Below are positions 23,181-33,645 of a stretch of 44,845 bases of DNA, in pieces. Where the stretch lies: the NCBI RefSeq assembly GCF_001194135.2, contig NC_068991.1, positions 52,976,668 to 53,021,512 of the forward strand. Direction: 5' to 3'. The notes below the pieces were generated by a model that was given only the letters and a program-made list of their open reading frames with translations, was not told the DNA's origin and did no database searches. The position numbers were made by a program, and so were the translations under genes. Every line of letters begins with the position of its first letter. Position 1 is the stretch's first letter. The DNA comes from Octopus bimaculoides. Lineage: Eukaryota.

Positions 23181-23564
23181 TGTATATAATTTAGAGAAAA
23201 ACCACTATAAAACAATTCAATAATGAAGAATGTAATTCATGCCCTCCAGAAAATAAATATATCATAAAAACTTATTTGAAAAATCAATAAATTACATAAA
23301 AAGAATAACTGCAATAACATTGTAGATGGTGCCCTCAAAAGCTAAGCGGCTGGCCTAGAAAGACTGAAAGAAAGGGTTATTTGCATTGGTTCCTGATAAA
23401 CTCTTGTTTATCCCGTTGTTACCTGCACTCCACGTGCATGGTGTGCCTGCACACCAGTGCCCGGGGATAATACGGGTAACGGATACCAATAGTATATATA
23501 GATATTTTATCCCTTAGTCGGCTATTATAACTGCTAACTCTTTTTACACACACACACATATATA

Positions 23565-23650
23565 TCATCATCATCATCATCATCGTTTAACGTCCGCTTT
23601 CCATGCTAGCATGGGTTGGACGATTTGACTGAGGACTGGTGAAACCGGAT
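23565..23650 (-). mobile_element. Short 5'-truncated RTE tail embedded in CA/TA microsatellite
   Basis: catcatcatcatcatcatcgtttaacgtccgctttccatgctagcatgggttggacgatttgactgaggactggtgaaacc, nearly identical to the starts of the 31449 and 43107 copies. Confidence 0.9.
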
Positions 23651-24859
23651 AATATATATATATATATAAGCAGGAATTTCATACAGAGTACTGTGGATGC
23701 CATGGAGGAGTTTCAGGATTACAAACAGGTAGCAGGCGTCTAAGTCAAGTAGCACTAAAAGTACCCATGTAATCTAATTAGCAGTAAATGTGACTGTTCT
23801 CAAAAATGAAGTAAAGACAGGTCAGAGAGATTTTATCTCTGCTCACAACAAAGGACTCCCCACTACAATGAAAGGGCAGATTATATGATGTTTGTGTTTG
23901 AAGTGCAACACTGCAAGGAAGTGAGATGTTGGCACTGAGCACAGAGAAAAGAGAAAAAAAAACTCATATTAAATGAAAGAGAGGTAGTAAGTAAGAGAGA
24001 AGACTGTGTTACTACAGGTATGTAATGTAGACGGAGGATAAACAGCTGTATAAGGAAATGCCAAAAATGCAAAGTGAATGGAACCTATGGAAGAGAACCA
24101 AGGAAAATTTAAGGTAAAGAGGTGAAGACAAATCTCAAGATGTTGCATCTTCTGAAGGAAATGACAAAGAACTGTAATGAGTGACAACATCACATTATCA
24201 ACACTGACCATTTCTACAACTTTCCATCATTCACTCACTTTTAAACATGTAGCTACCAGCAGTGTTTCTCTCTCATTACCCTACATCATTACTGCCATTC
24301 TCATTATACCCTGCCATGACTCTTCATTGTGCCTCTGGCATTCTTACTCTCATTACCCTTCTCCTCTTCTACATTAGTAGTCCTCTCTCCACCCCTCTGT
24401 TTCCTCCATCAACTCTCTTCTTTCTCCTTCTCACCTTTATTCATCAGCAATTGCCCTCCTTTCTACCTATTCTATTGGTCACATCCTAAACGAACAGAGA
24501 AATTGTAGAGCAATGAGGAGGATACTGCCTTGGTCTTGTAGAATGCAAAGTAACCTCTCTCATATTGGTGTCACAATACACTGTATCCAGTACACTCTGT
24601 AACATTGTTGGTTAACAAATGGAGACACCATGAAGTCAAAAGAACTCTCTTGTCTTGTGTTGTTGAAGATATGACAACTAGTGTCCATGCCATGGTAAAA
24701 TAGACCCAGTACACACCTTAAGGTGGTTGATGTTAGGAAGGGAAATCAGCTGTAGAAACCGTATTAAAATAAACTGTACAAGACATGGTCCCCTAGGTAT
24801 ATTAACAATGATGAAACCAAATTCGATACAACAATTTTCATTTTGGTGAAGAAACTTAC

Positions 24860-24972
24860 CTGTGTTGGGTAGTTTAAAACCTTAAAATAATTAAGGTATT
24901 TATCAAGTAAGATTTCATCACTGGTCCATTTTCTATCCAGGAATATTAGCACCAAACATTGCATGGCCCAGC
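24860..24972 (-). CDS. LCLAT1: LCLAT1 coding exon 3 (motif II)
   Basis: Acceptor tttatcatttag, donor CAG/gtaagt; GWAMQCLVLIFLDRKWTSDEILLDKYLNYFKVLNYPTQ; 113 nt, phase 1 in, 0 out. Confidence 0.95.
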
Positions 24973-27187
24973 CTAAATGATAAAGAAAATTAATAAAGTA
25001 GCTAATTTTAATATTAAGATTAGCTTAATACAAACACAAAAACGACCTAATTTTGATATTAAGATTAGTTTAAAACAAACACAAAACATATTTTGTAATG
25101 TTTCCAAAATAATGATTAGATTTCACTAAGTTTTCATAAGCCTTTTTAATGATTTTCCTTCTGATCAATGCAAAAACAGGCATATATGTATAATAAATAT
25201 TTAAATACAATATTTAAAGTGAGGAGCACATGAGCATAGAATCTGCTTGACAGATGAACTGCAAATGTTAAAACATTCAAATCAGTTACAATGTCACACA
25301 TCAGGTTTACTAAGTAAATAAATCAATAAGATCAATTTCTGTTCAGCCAGAGAGCAGAAAATAGAAAAAAAAGACTACTTCACCATCCTTCTCACATCAT
25401 ACAATAGAGTAAGTAGTAGAATATATTGTTTGCAGTAAACATTGATTTTGAACTTTGGCCCATTTATATAGTCATGTTCAAAAGTCTGAATACACTGATA
25501 AAAACATGGTTTTATGTTGTAAATGATAATGTAGACGGAAGCAAGGAATGTATTTTCTAATCAAATAAGTAGAAAACTTGAGAACAGTTTACAAAATGTT
25601 ACAGTTGGAATAATACCTCCTCCTTTGCCTCCAACAGTGCAGCAATGTGGTCAGATGTGCTTTTTGTAGTAGTTTAGTATTATTTCCTGTGTTCAAACTG
25701 GTCTTCTCTTTTTAATCCAGAATTGCTGAAGCATTGAAATCTGCAATTTTCTTTTTCACACAATCTGCAGACATTTTTCTATAGGGCTCAGATCAAGAGA
25801 TCTAAACCTACCTTTTATGCATTTTGTAGAATGGCAGGATGCACCCCCTGTTGGAATACAGTAGTTATTATAGCTAGTTATGTGAATAACAATGTCTCCA
25901 GAATATACCAGTATGTTTTAGAGTTTAGTGCACTTTGAGGTATTATTCAAATACCAGTTCTTCCCTTTGCTGAAATGGTCCCTGTATAATGATGGATTCA
26001 TAATGCTTGACTCTTGTAAGTGTATACATGAGACTATGCTTGAGTTTGTTGGACAACAAATTAAAGGAATAGGAAATGCAGACTGTTTAACAGTTTGCAC
26101 TAAACATGACTTTAAACCAATACTACATAGTCCAATTTTTATGGTCCCTACAAAATTATAAACGATCCTGAATGTTTTTCCATGGGTACCTTGAAACTGC
26201 AACTGACCTGTTATCATGTTAGTGCTGCATTTTACTGTTGCAGGTATCAGTGCTTGTATGACATTGCTAGATGTAAATGGAGATAAGTGATGAATCATAC
26301 AATCAGTTTGATGATTTCTGGTATGAGGTCTGCCTGCTATGCCAAATGGTTTATGTTCATTTGTCTGACGAAAATAAGCTGAAGCTTTCAGGACAGTACC
26401 AAGAGATATTTAACTATGTTGGTACCTTCTTGAACCTGAGTCCTCTCCTATGGAAAACAATTTGAGTTCTTTTTTTAAATGGAAATTTCGTAAATTTATA
26501 AAATATTGAGGTCCCAGGAATGTCAAACAGGAGATGAAATTAAGAAATATTTCATCATTTACATATCAAAATACATACTTTCAATATCTACTTTTTAATT
26601 TATATCAAAACATATTTAAAATAATGCTAAATTTCATCTTTGTATTCATAATTCTGATCAGTATTGTATACTGTCCAGCATTATAAGGTTTTTGCCATTC
26701 CTGCCAGTTTTTGAAGATAATTATTACTTTCTTAAATGATTAAATGAAAATACATAAACTTGCTGATAAAATACCAATACTGTTATTTCTCAACAGACTT
26801 CAAGAAAAAACTGTCATTTACTATATCTGACAGAACAGAATATATAATCTTTTCACAATGATCACTTTATATCAGTGCTAACATATGCCGAAGTAAACAC
26901 AAAGTAAATACTGTTATATTTTAAGCTATCCTCTTTCTTACTTTGTATTTCTACAACTTCTACTGATCCATTAGCAAATACTTCAAGCATGAAATCGAGT
27001 CCAAATTATTACAAACTTCTTCATTGCATATGAAGCAGCCTTTCAATTGCAATATTTTATATCACAAGGTCCACGTTATACAAACAACACAATGATTCAT
27101 CTATACATATACCTCATTTTGTTACTCTTATAAACAATCCTCTACTTAATGCATATTTCCTAATATACACAAATCATCTGTACTTAC

Positions 27188-27386
27188 CGGCGCCAGGAAT
27201 TTTTTTTAAGCCAGATTTTAAAACTATTTTCAAATGTCTAAGAGATCCACAACGTAACATAAAAGAATATGCAAACAACCAGTCCAGCCGAGTGCGGTGA
27301 TTCATAACGATCAAAGACTGCTCATCACGTTTTCCTGGGAATCCAGCAACAGATATTTTCACACCTAAAACAATTTCATATAAGGC
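27188..27386 (-). CDS. LCLAT1: LCLAT1 coding exon 2 (acyltransferase motif I)
   Basis: Acceptor tttattttcag, donor G/gtaagt; ALYEIVLGVKISVAGFPGKRDEQSLIVMNHRTRLDWLFAYSFMLRCGSLRHLKIVLKSGLKKIPGA; catalytic NHxxxxD as NHRTRLD; 199 nt. Confidence 0.95.
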
Positions 27387-27554
27387 CTGAAAATAAAATA
27401 AAAAAACCATCAATGGTTAATTTCATACATCTTTTTCCTTAGATATCTCTATATTACCTACAAGTATATCGATGCATAAATAAAATGTATCTTCTACATA
27501 CAGATATATATATCCTCATCATTTAATGTCTGCTTTCCATACTGGCATGGGTGG

Positions 27555-27592
<38 letters not shown>

Positions 27593-27629
27593 TTTACAGA
27601 AAAACAAAAGATGAAGACAGGTGAGAAAG

Positions 27630-27668
27630 TCTTATACGTTTCGAGCCTATGCTCTTCAACAGGAAAGA
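27630..27668 (-). ncRNA. Variant minimal hammerhead-like motif (Penelope pLTR-type)
   Basis: Minus strand TCTTTC CTGTTGAA GAGC ATAG GCTC GAAAC GTA TAAGA: perfect 4-bp helix II, GAAA, GUA triplet; core CUGUUGAA deviates from CUGAnGA at A6. Confidence 0.4.
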
Positions 27669-27717
27669 AAACGGGGAAATAAACAGAGAGAGAAAAAAAA
27701 ACTTTTGGAATTATCGG

Positions 27718-27834
27718 NNNNNNNNNNNNNNNNNNNNNNNNNNNNNNNNNNNNNNNNNNNNNNNNNNNNNNNNNNNNNNNNNNNNNNNNNNNNNNNNNNN
27801 NNNNNNNNNNNNNNNNNNNNNNNNNNNNNNNNNN
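27718..27834. other. Assembly gap (N)
   Basis: N run, followed by (TA)n. Confidence 1.
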
Positions 27835-28155
27835 ATATATATAAACATATACTTTAATCCCCTAAGATCTCAGATATTTTTTCTGAAACTCTCTGATTCA
27901 TTAAATGTGCTAGCTTCCTGGTAATAAATCAATATTAATTAATATCTGATTTTTTTACCCTATGTTTTTATTTGATTATATATATATATATTGCATATAT
28001 CATGCAGAAATATGAAATACAGACACATGTGTGTCTGTTTGACATATCAATACACTGTATTTAATGGTATATAAAATGCACATCTTACCAAAAAAAAAGT
28101 TTCAAAACACCACTCTGGGTCCTGTATGCCAAGTTGGGCTTATCACAAGTTTTAA

Positions 28156-28375
28156 CCCTTTAGCATTTAAGCCAGCCACACACAGTCCAGATATTTTACC
28201 TATTTTATGTTCAAACCAATCAGATCTGGCCTCTCACACCTACCCAACAATGTCATTTTGAAAATAAACAATCACATCGTCAAAATGCCAAAGCTAGAAG
28301 ATAATGCAAGATTAATTAAAAACAATATGAATAAATAAGCATTACATTTGAGAGAATACTCTGAATGCTAAAGGG
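28156..28375. mobile_element. TTAA-flanked MITE, 220 bp
   Basis: TTAA 28152-28155, CCCTTTAGCATT ... AATGCTAAAGGG, TTAA 28376-28379. Confidence 0.9.
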
Positions 28376-28589
28376 TTAATGCTCTAAAACCATTTTTCCC
28401 TCAATATGTGCCGCTGAAATTGGGGTGCATCTAATATGCTCATACATTTTTTGTACCTTCCAATATGGTATATATTCCAGTGATTATTTATGTTGATGAA
28501 TTGTTTGCAAGTAAAAAGTACTGAAAGGAGTGTTTTCAGGACTATAATTAGAATAGTCTTTATTTTAAATTCTTTTACTGATTTCAACC

Positions 28590-29550
28590 ATTGCACTGTA
28601 GGTCTTACAGAAACCTGGTGGCTCACTCTGTTGCAAGTCATTGAGGTGTTTCAATAGTCTGGTGACAATGACTATTGTAAACAGAGAAAAGTCATATGGG
28701 GTGCAAGATTTTTTTTAACCCTTTAGCATTCAGATTACTGTATCAAATGTAATGCTTATTTATTTTTGTTCTTGTGAATTAATCTTGCAGTATCTCATAA
28801 CTTCAAGATTTCAATAGTGTGTGATTCTTTATTTTTAGAATGACATTGTAAGACAGGTGTGAGAGGTCGTATCTGGTCAGTTTGAACATAAAGCAAAAGG
28901 AATATTTGGGCCTGATATGGTCTGTTTAAATGCTAAAGGGTTAATTCTTCTTTATCACCCTTATGAAGCAAGATGGTATTCAACTCTTTCCATAGTGCAG
29001 GTATTTTACTCTCCTTCAGATAGCAACTGAAGCTTTGAATAAGGCTTTTCCATAGCTCTTCACCTCTTCATCTCTCCTGTTATGCCATCTTCTCCAGGAG
29101 CTTTGTCTGTTTCTATTAGTTTGAAGGAATTTTCAATCTCACAGACTAGAATAAGTGGCACTTCTTCCAACATTTGTGATGGTAGAGGATAAAGCTTCAC
29201 TGATGATTATAAAATTTAGGGTAGAAGGTTTTGCATATGTCTTCCATCTCCCGTTTGTCTGTCACCCCGAACGTCCTCGTTCTTAAATGCCATCTCTCTT
29301 GCATCTTATTAGACTTTTCCTTTCTTCTGCAGCCTGCATCAGCACCTGTTGTCTGATTGCGTTGCAGAAAATGGAATACTTCAGGTGATTCATAGTTCTC
29401 TATTTTTCTAGCATCTTCTTCATTTCCTCCAAGATTCTTCTGTCAAGCTCCTTTCTGCTCTTACCTTCCACTTGCAACTTTTAATTATTTGAACCAGTAA
29501 ATTGTAGTCCTCATCAAGCTCTTTAAGTTGACTCCAAATTTCCCTCTTGA
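28590..29550 (-). mobile_element. RTE LINE internal fragment (RT N-terminal part) interrupted by a MITE
   Basis: Minus strand gives DKAPGEDGITGEM..IPALWKELNTILLHKGDKEE[MITE at TTAA]..FTIVIVTRLLKHLNDLQQSEPPGFCKTYSAM. Confidence 0.75.
28719..28940. mobile_element. TTAA-flanked MITE, 222 bp, inverted relative to the 28156 copy
   Basis: TTAA 28715-28718 and 28941-28944; TIR CCCTTTAGCATT. Confidence 0.9.
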
Positions 29551-29569
29551 TAGTGGCATAAAGAAATGC

Positions 29570-29725
29570 TAGTCTCTAAATGTGGATGGAACCTGTGGAA
29601 GAGGGAGACTTAGGAAGACATGGAATGAAGTAGTGAAGAATGACCTCCAGATGTCAAGTCTCATGGAGGAGAAGACAAAAGATTGAGATGATTGGCAATT
29701 TGCTGTGCTTGAGAAAACCTGTCCA
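29570..29725 (+). mobile_element. RTE LINE C-terminal fragment
   Basis: DGTCGRGRLRKTWNEVVKNDLQ..KTKD*DDWQFAVLEKT, homologous to 6015-6165. Confidence 0.8.
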
Positions 29726-30681
29726 CGTCAGCACAAACAAGGTCCTAAAAACACAGCAATTATATCTATATTTCTGTACCCAATCTGTCCCTAATGTATC
29801 TTCCCTTCTCTACTGATCTTCTTAACACCCATCCCTCCATCATTCTTCTGACTGCGGCACTACTCATTCAGCTGCTGTAATTTTGAGAGCATAACTGCAC
29901 ATATTCTATCCACCTGCTACTGAACTACCAATTACCACTCTCCCAGGAATCACTTCCTTTGTCACCTGCATTTTCATAATCATCTATTTCCACCTTATTT
30001 CCTTTCACCTCCCCTTTCTCTGCACACACCTCCTTTTGCCAATGGTAGTCTTCTCTCCATTACCTTTATTTGTCTCTCACCATTTCCACCCTCTTGTACT
30101 TCTGACTTTCATCCCTGGCACTGTGTGTCTTTCTTACACCCTAACACATTTCATACCATCTTTGCTGTCACCTTTTAACTCCCTGACCCACAACTACTTC
30201 CTCCACCTTCACCTCCAACACATATTCATCATTGACCACATTCTCCACCAGAGCTCACCACTCACTATTTCCCTCTTTTCATCTGCCACTCTCCTGCAAA
30301 CTTACTTACCCACCCATATCACTTCTCTTATATTCACCTTCCTGTAACTTGTGGCTACACCCTCACACATCTTCACCACCATCCTCTTCCCTTTGCAACT
30401 GGGGTAACCACGTATCTCCCCCAAAGCTAGACACCTGTTCCTTTCCTATTCATTTTAACCTCACATCGTCTGGAATAAAACCACACATAAATATATATAC
30501 ATAGACACACACATACGAGGTGGTATCAAGAAGTTCCTGGACTAATTACGTTTAATAAAAAATAAATCATTTACTTAAGCTTTAATATCATCTCCTTTGA
30601 AATAGTCACATTGCACAGCAATACACCGATCCCAGCATTCCTGCCACTTTTGGAATTTGGCCTGGAAATTGTTTCCTTTAA

Positions 30682-30901
30682 CCCTTTAGCATTCAAATTA
30701 ATATGTCAAAAGTAATCCTTATTCATTTACATTTTAAAAAATTTATCTGGTATTATCTTGTAGCTTCAAGATTTGAAAGATGTAATTGTTTATTTTTAGA
30801 ATGACATTGCAGGGTAGGTGTGAGATACTGGTTCTGGCCAGTTTGAGCATAAAATGAGCAGAATATTTGGGCTGGATATAGCCGGTTTAAACAGCAGAGG
30901 G
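30682..30901. mobile_element. TTAA-flanked MITE nested in mariner
   Basis: TTAA 30678-30681 and 30902-30905; mariner C-terminal coding remnant continues on either side. Confidence 0.88.
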
Positions 30902-31448
30902 TTAAGCAAGTTGAAGACCTACGATTCACTCTGGATCTTGACAACGGTGTTAAAATTGTGACGTTTTAGCTGCATTTTCATCTTGGGGAAGAAATAGGAA
31001 TAGGGTGGGTGTGGAAGCGATACCATGTTGTTTTGGGCAAGAAACTCATGAGTGAAGAGAGCTCAGTGACAGGGTGCATTGTTGTGAAGAATCCAATCCT
31101 CCATGAATGTTAGGATTACCTGCATGGAGCCATACGACAGACCAGCAACATCAGCAAATGTCATTGATTGTCCTCTGACGATCCTCATGCACAAGCTGAT
31201 GAATTTTCTCTACATTTCCAGGAGTGACACTCATGGCAGATCTTCCAGATCGCTCATTGTCTTCCAGGAAATGTTCTGCTTTTGAAGCACTTGTGCCACT
31301 GGAAACATTGTATATGAGCCATTGTCTCATCGCCGTAAGTGTGCCAAAGCATGCTCAGTATCTCTGTAGCAGACTTCTCAAGTTTCATGCAAAATTTCAT
31401 GCTGGCTCTTTGTCCAAACTTCCTGTCCACAACAAAAATCACAGACTA

Positions 31449-31882
31449 TCATCATCATCATCATCGTTTAATGTCCGCTTTCCATGCTAGCATGGGTTGG
31501 ACGATTTGACTGAGGACTGGTGAAACCAGATGGCTACACCAGGCTCCAATCTGATTTGGCAGAGTTTCTACAGCTGGATGCCCTTCCTAACGCCAACCAC
31601 TCAGAGAGTGTAGTGGGTGCTTTTACGTGCCACTGGCACGAAGGCCAGTCAGGCGGTACTGGCAACGGCCACACTCAAAATGGTATATTTTATGTGCCAC
31701 CCGCACAAGAGCCAGTCCAGGGGCACTGGCAATGATCACGCTCGAAAATCCTACGAAGGCCAGTCAGGCGATACTGGCAATGGCCATGCTCAAAATGGTG
31801 TATTTTATGTGCCACCCGCACAAGAGCCAGTCCAGGGTCACTGGCAACGATCTCGCTCGAAAGTCCTTACACATGCCACGGA
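31449..31882 (-). mobile_element. RTE 3' UTR copy nested in mariner
   Basis: (CAT)n tail, gcccttcctaacgccaaccactc, tandem ggcaa..gccac.ctc.aaa..ggt.ta.ttt.a.gtgccac units. Confidence 0.9.
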
Positions 31883-32343
31883 ACATACATATAAGAAAAA
31901 CACAAATTTCACAACTTGCAAAGTAAACACAGCGATGTCACTCAGCACACTGCCTCAAGAAAGTCACTGCTAGCTTTCACTGCACATGCAACCATGTGGT
32001 GCTATCTATTGGCACACTACAGAACTAGTCCATGAATTATTTTGATACAACCTTGTATTTATGTGCGAGTATATTCTTTTATTCTTTTACTTGTTTCAGT
32101 CATTTAACTGTCGCCATGCTGGAGCACCGCCTTTAGTCGAACAAATCAACCCCAGGACTTAGTCTTTGTAAGCCTAGTAATAACTCTATCAGTCTCTTTT
32201 GCCAAACCACTACATTATGGGGGTGTAAACACACCAACATCAGTTGCAAAGCGATTGTGGTGGGACAAACACAGACACACAAATACATACATATATAGAC
32301 ACACATACATACATACATACATACACACACTATATACATACAC

Positions 32344-32353
32344 NNNNNNNNNN
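32344..32353. other. Assembly gap (N)
   Basis: 10 N inside a CA/TA microsatellite. Confidence 1.
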
Positions 32354-32405
<52 letters not shown>

Positions 32406-32460
32406 TACATACATACATACATATGCATGCATATACAACAGGCTTATTTGCTTATATATA

Positions 32461-32705
32461 TCATCATCATCATCATCATTTAATGTCTGCTTTCCATGTT
32501 GGGATTGGTTGGACAGTTTGACAGGAGCTAACAATTTGGAGAGCTGCACCAAGCTCCAGTTATCTGTTTTGGCATGGTTTCTATGGCTGGATGCCCTTCC
32601 TGACATCGACCACTTTACTGAGTGCACAGGGTACTTTTTATGTGGCATTGGCATGGGTACCTTTTATGTGGACCAGCATTGGTGCTTTTTACATGGCACC
32701 AGCAC
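32461..32705 (-). mobile_element. RTE-tail/SINE repeat next to TA microsatellite
   Basis: catcatcatcatcatttaatgtctgctttccatg..ctggatgcccttcctgac. Confidence 0.8.
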
Positions 32706-32758
32706 AAATCATACACATACAAATATATATAATTCAATTGTTACAGGAAGCACATACG

Positions 32759-33228
32759 GAAAGTGCTTCCTTGCAGCTTTAAGGCTCTTATTTCCAGCAA
32801 TATAGGTGCTATCCTGCACCATTAGTCACAATTCATGACAACTGACTTTTACTTTTTAGTTTTATATTGCATACAGCCACCTTCATTATTTTATAATGTT
32901 CACATTACCATTTTGCTGAATTAACCATAGATTCATATGGTAATACTATATATTGACAGATAGGATTTAGCCAAACTATCCAGTGATGGCATAGTTAGTA
33001 CTGATGAGTTTAATCTTAAGCGGAACTAGACTAGTATAGTGATCTTGCTCGCTGTGAGGTGGTTATCTCCCCAGTTGGTACAATGAAAGTGCTTCCTTGC
33101 GGCTCTAAGGATCTTTTAACTCTTATTTCTAGCAATGTAGGTGCTACCCTGCACCGTTAGTCACAATTAGTGACAATTGCATTTTTTAAAAGTTTTATAT
33201 TGCATATAGCCACCTTTGTTATTTTATA
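32759..33228. repeat. Partial tandem repeat, period 326 bp (about 1.4 units)
   Basis: 32759-32895 repeated with roughly 80% identity (by eye) at 33085-33228: gaaagtgcttccttgc..ctcttatttc.agcaat.taggtgcta.cctgcacc.ttagtcacaatt..agttttatattgcata.agccacctt..ttattttata. Confidence 0.9.
32988..33049 (+). ncRNA. Putative type I hammerhead ribozyme, A13G variant
   Basis: GGCATAGTTAGTA CTGATGA GTTTAATCTTAAGC GGAA CTAGACTAG TA TAGTGATCTTGC: helix II GTTTAA/TTAAGC, helix III ACTA/TAGT, GUA triplet at 33034-33036, helix I with internal loop. Confidence 0.6.
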
Positions 33229-33236
33229 TATACATG

Positions 33237-33284
<48 letters not shown>

Positions 33285-33286
<2 letters not shown>

Positions 33287-33645
33287 CTCGAACATGACTC
33301 TGACAGCCACGAATGGCCATGGTGCACCCAAGAGGTTCCCCTCCGGGGTACAAGTCTGGGCAGAAAGTCGCCTCACCAGCGAATGCACACCCTAGGGTTG
33401 TTTTTATGGAAGACCAGCAGTTGCCCATGCATACCAGCCTCCACTCTCCATGCCACCGATGTTATCCAAGGGAAAGTCAAAGGCTGATACAGCTTGGCAC
33501 CAGTGATATTGCAACTCATTTCTACAGCTGAGTGAAATAAAGTGTCTTGCTCAAGAATACAACACGCAGCCAACTCCAGGAATCAAACTCACAATCTCAT
33601 GATCATAAGCTCAACGCTCTAACCACTGAGCCATGTGCATTCACA
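33285..33645 (-). mobile_element. Near full-length CORE-like tRNA SINE
   Basis: Minus-strand head tggctcagtggttagagcgttgagctt..gagtttgattcc (A and B boxes), then tgtattcttgagcaagacact. Confidence 0.8.

Larger units (their letters stand above)
30516..32055 (-). mobile_element. Internally deleted mariner element with both TIRs and TA target sites, carrying two nested insertions
   Basis: TA+CGAGGTGGTATCAAGAAGTTCCTGGACTA at 30514; reverse complement TA+CAAGGTTGTATCAAAATAATTCATGGACTA ending at 32057. Transposase remnants QRASMKFCMKLEKSATEILSMLWHTYGDE..CFQWHKCFKS, ILHNNAPCH..LPHPPYS, WDRCIAVQCDYFKGD. Confidence 0.88.

Noticed and set aside
23305-23390. Possible hammerhead in the 22160/23307 repeat (TTGTAGA...GAAA)
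   Set aside because: No CUGAnGA, no UH triplet after GAAA, and helix II is not conserved between the two copies.
23385-23510. Imperfect inverted ends (attggt.tcc...ttatccc / gggataa...ggataccaat)
   Set aside because: Too degenerate and single-copy in the window to call a MITE or RNA structure.
25918-26465. Cluster of 62-126 aa ORFs in LCLAT1 intron 2
   Set aside because: No recognisable domain, no splice structure, and LCLAT1 phases are complete without it.
29760-30500. Long pyrimidine-rich tract with His/Leu/Pro-rich ORFs (similar at 24180-24490 and, reversed, 34860-35100)
   Set aside because: Low-complexity, probably decayed repeat; ORFs reflect base skew.
32133-32805. ORFs rich in YI/HT/CV repeats (also 44126-44772, 34635-35036)
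   Set aside because: Translations of (TA)n, (CA)n and (CT)n microsatellites and SINE tails.
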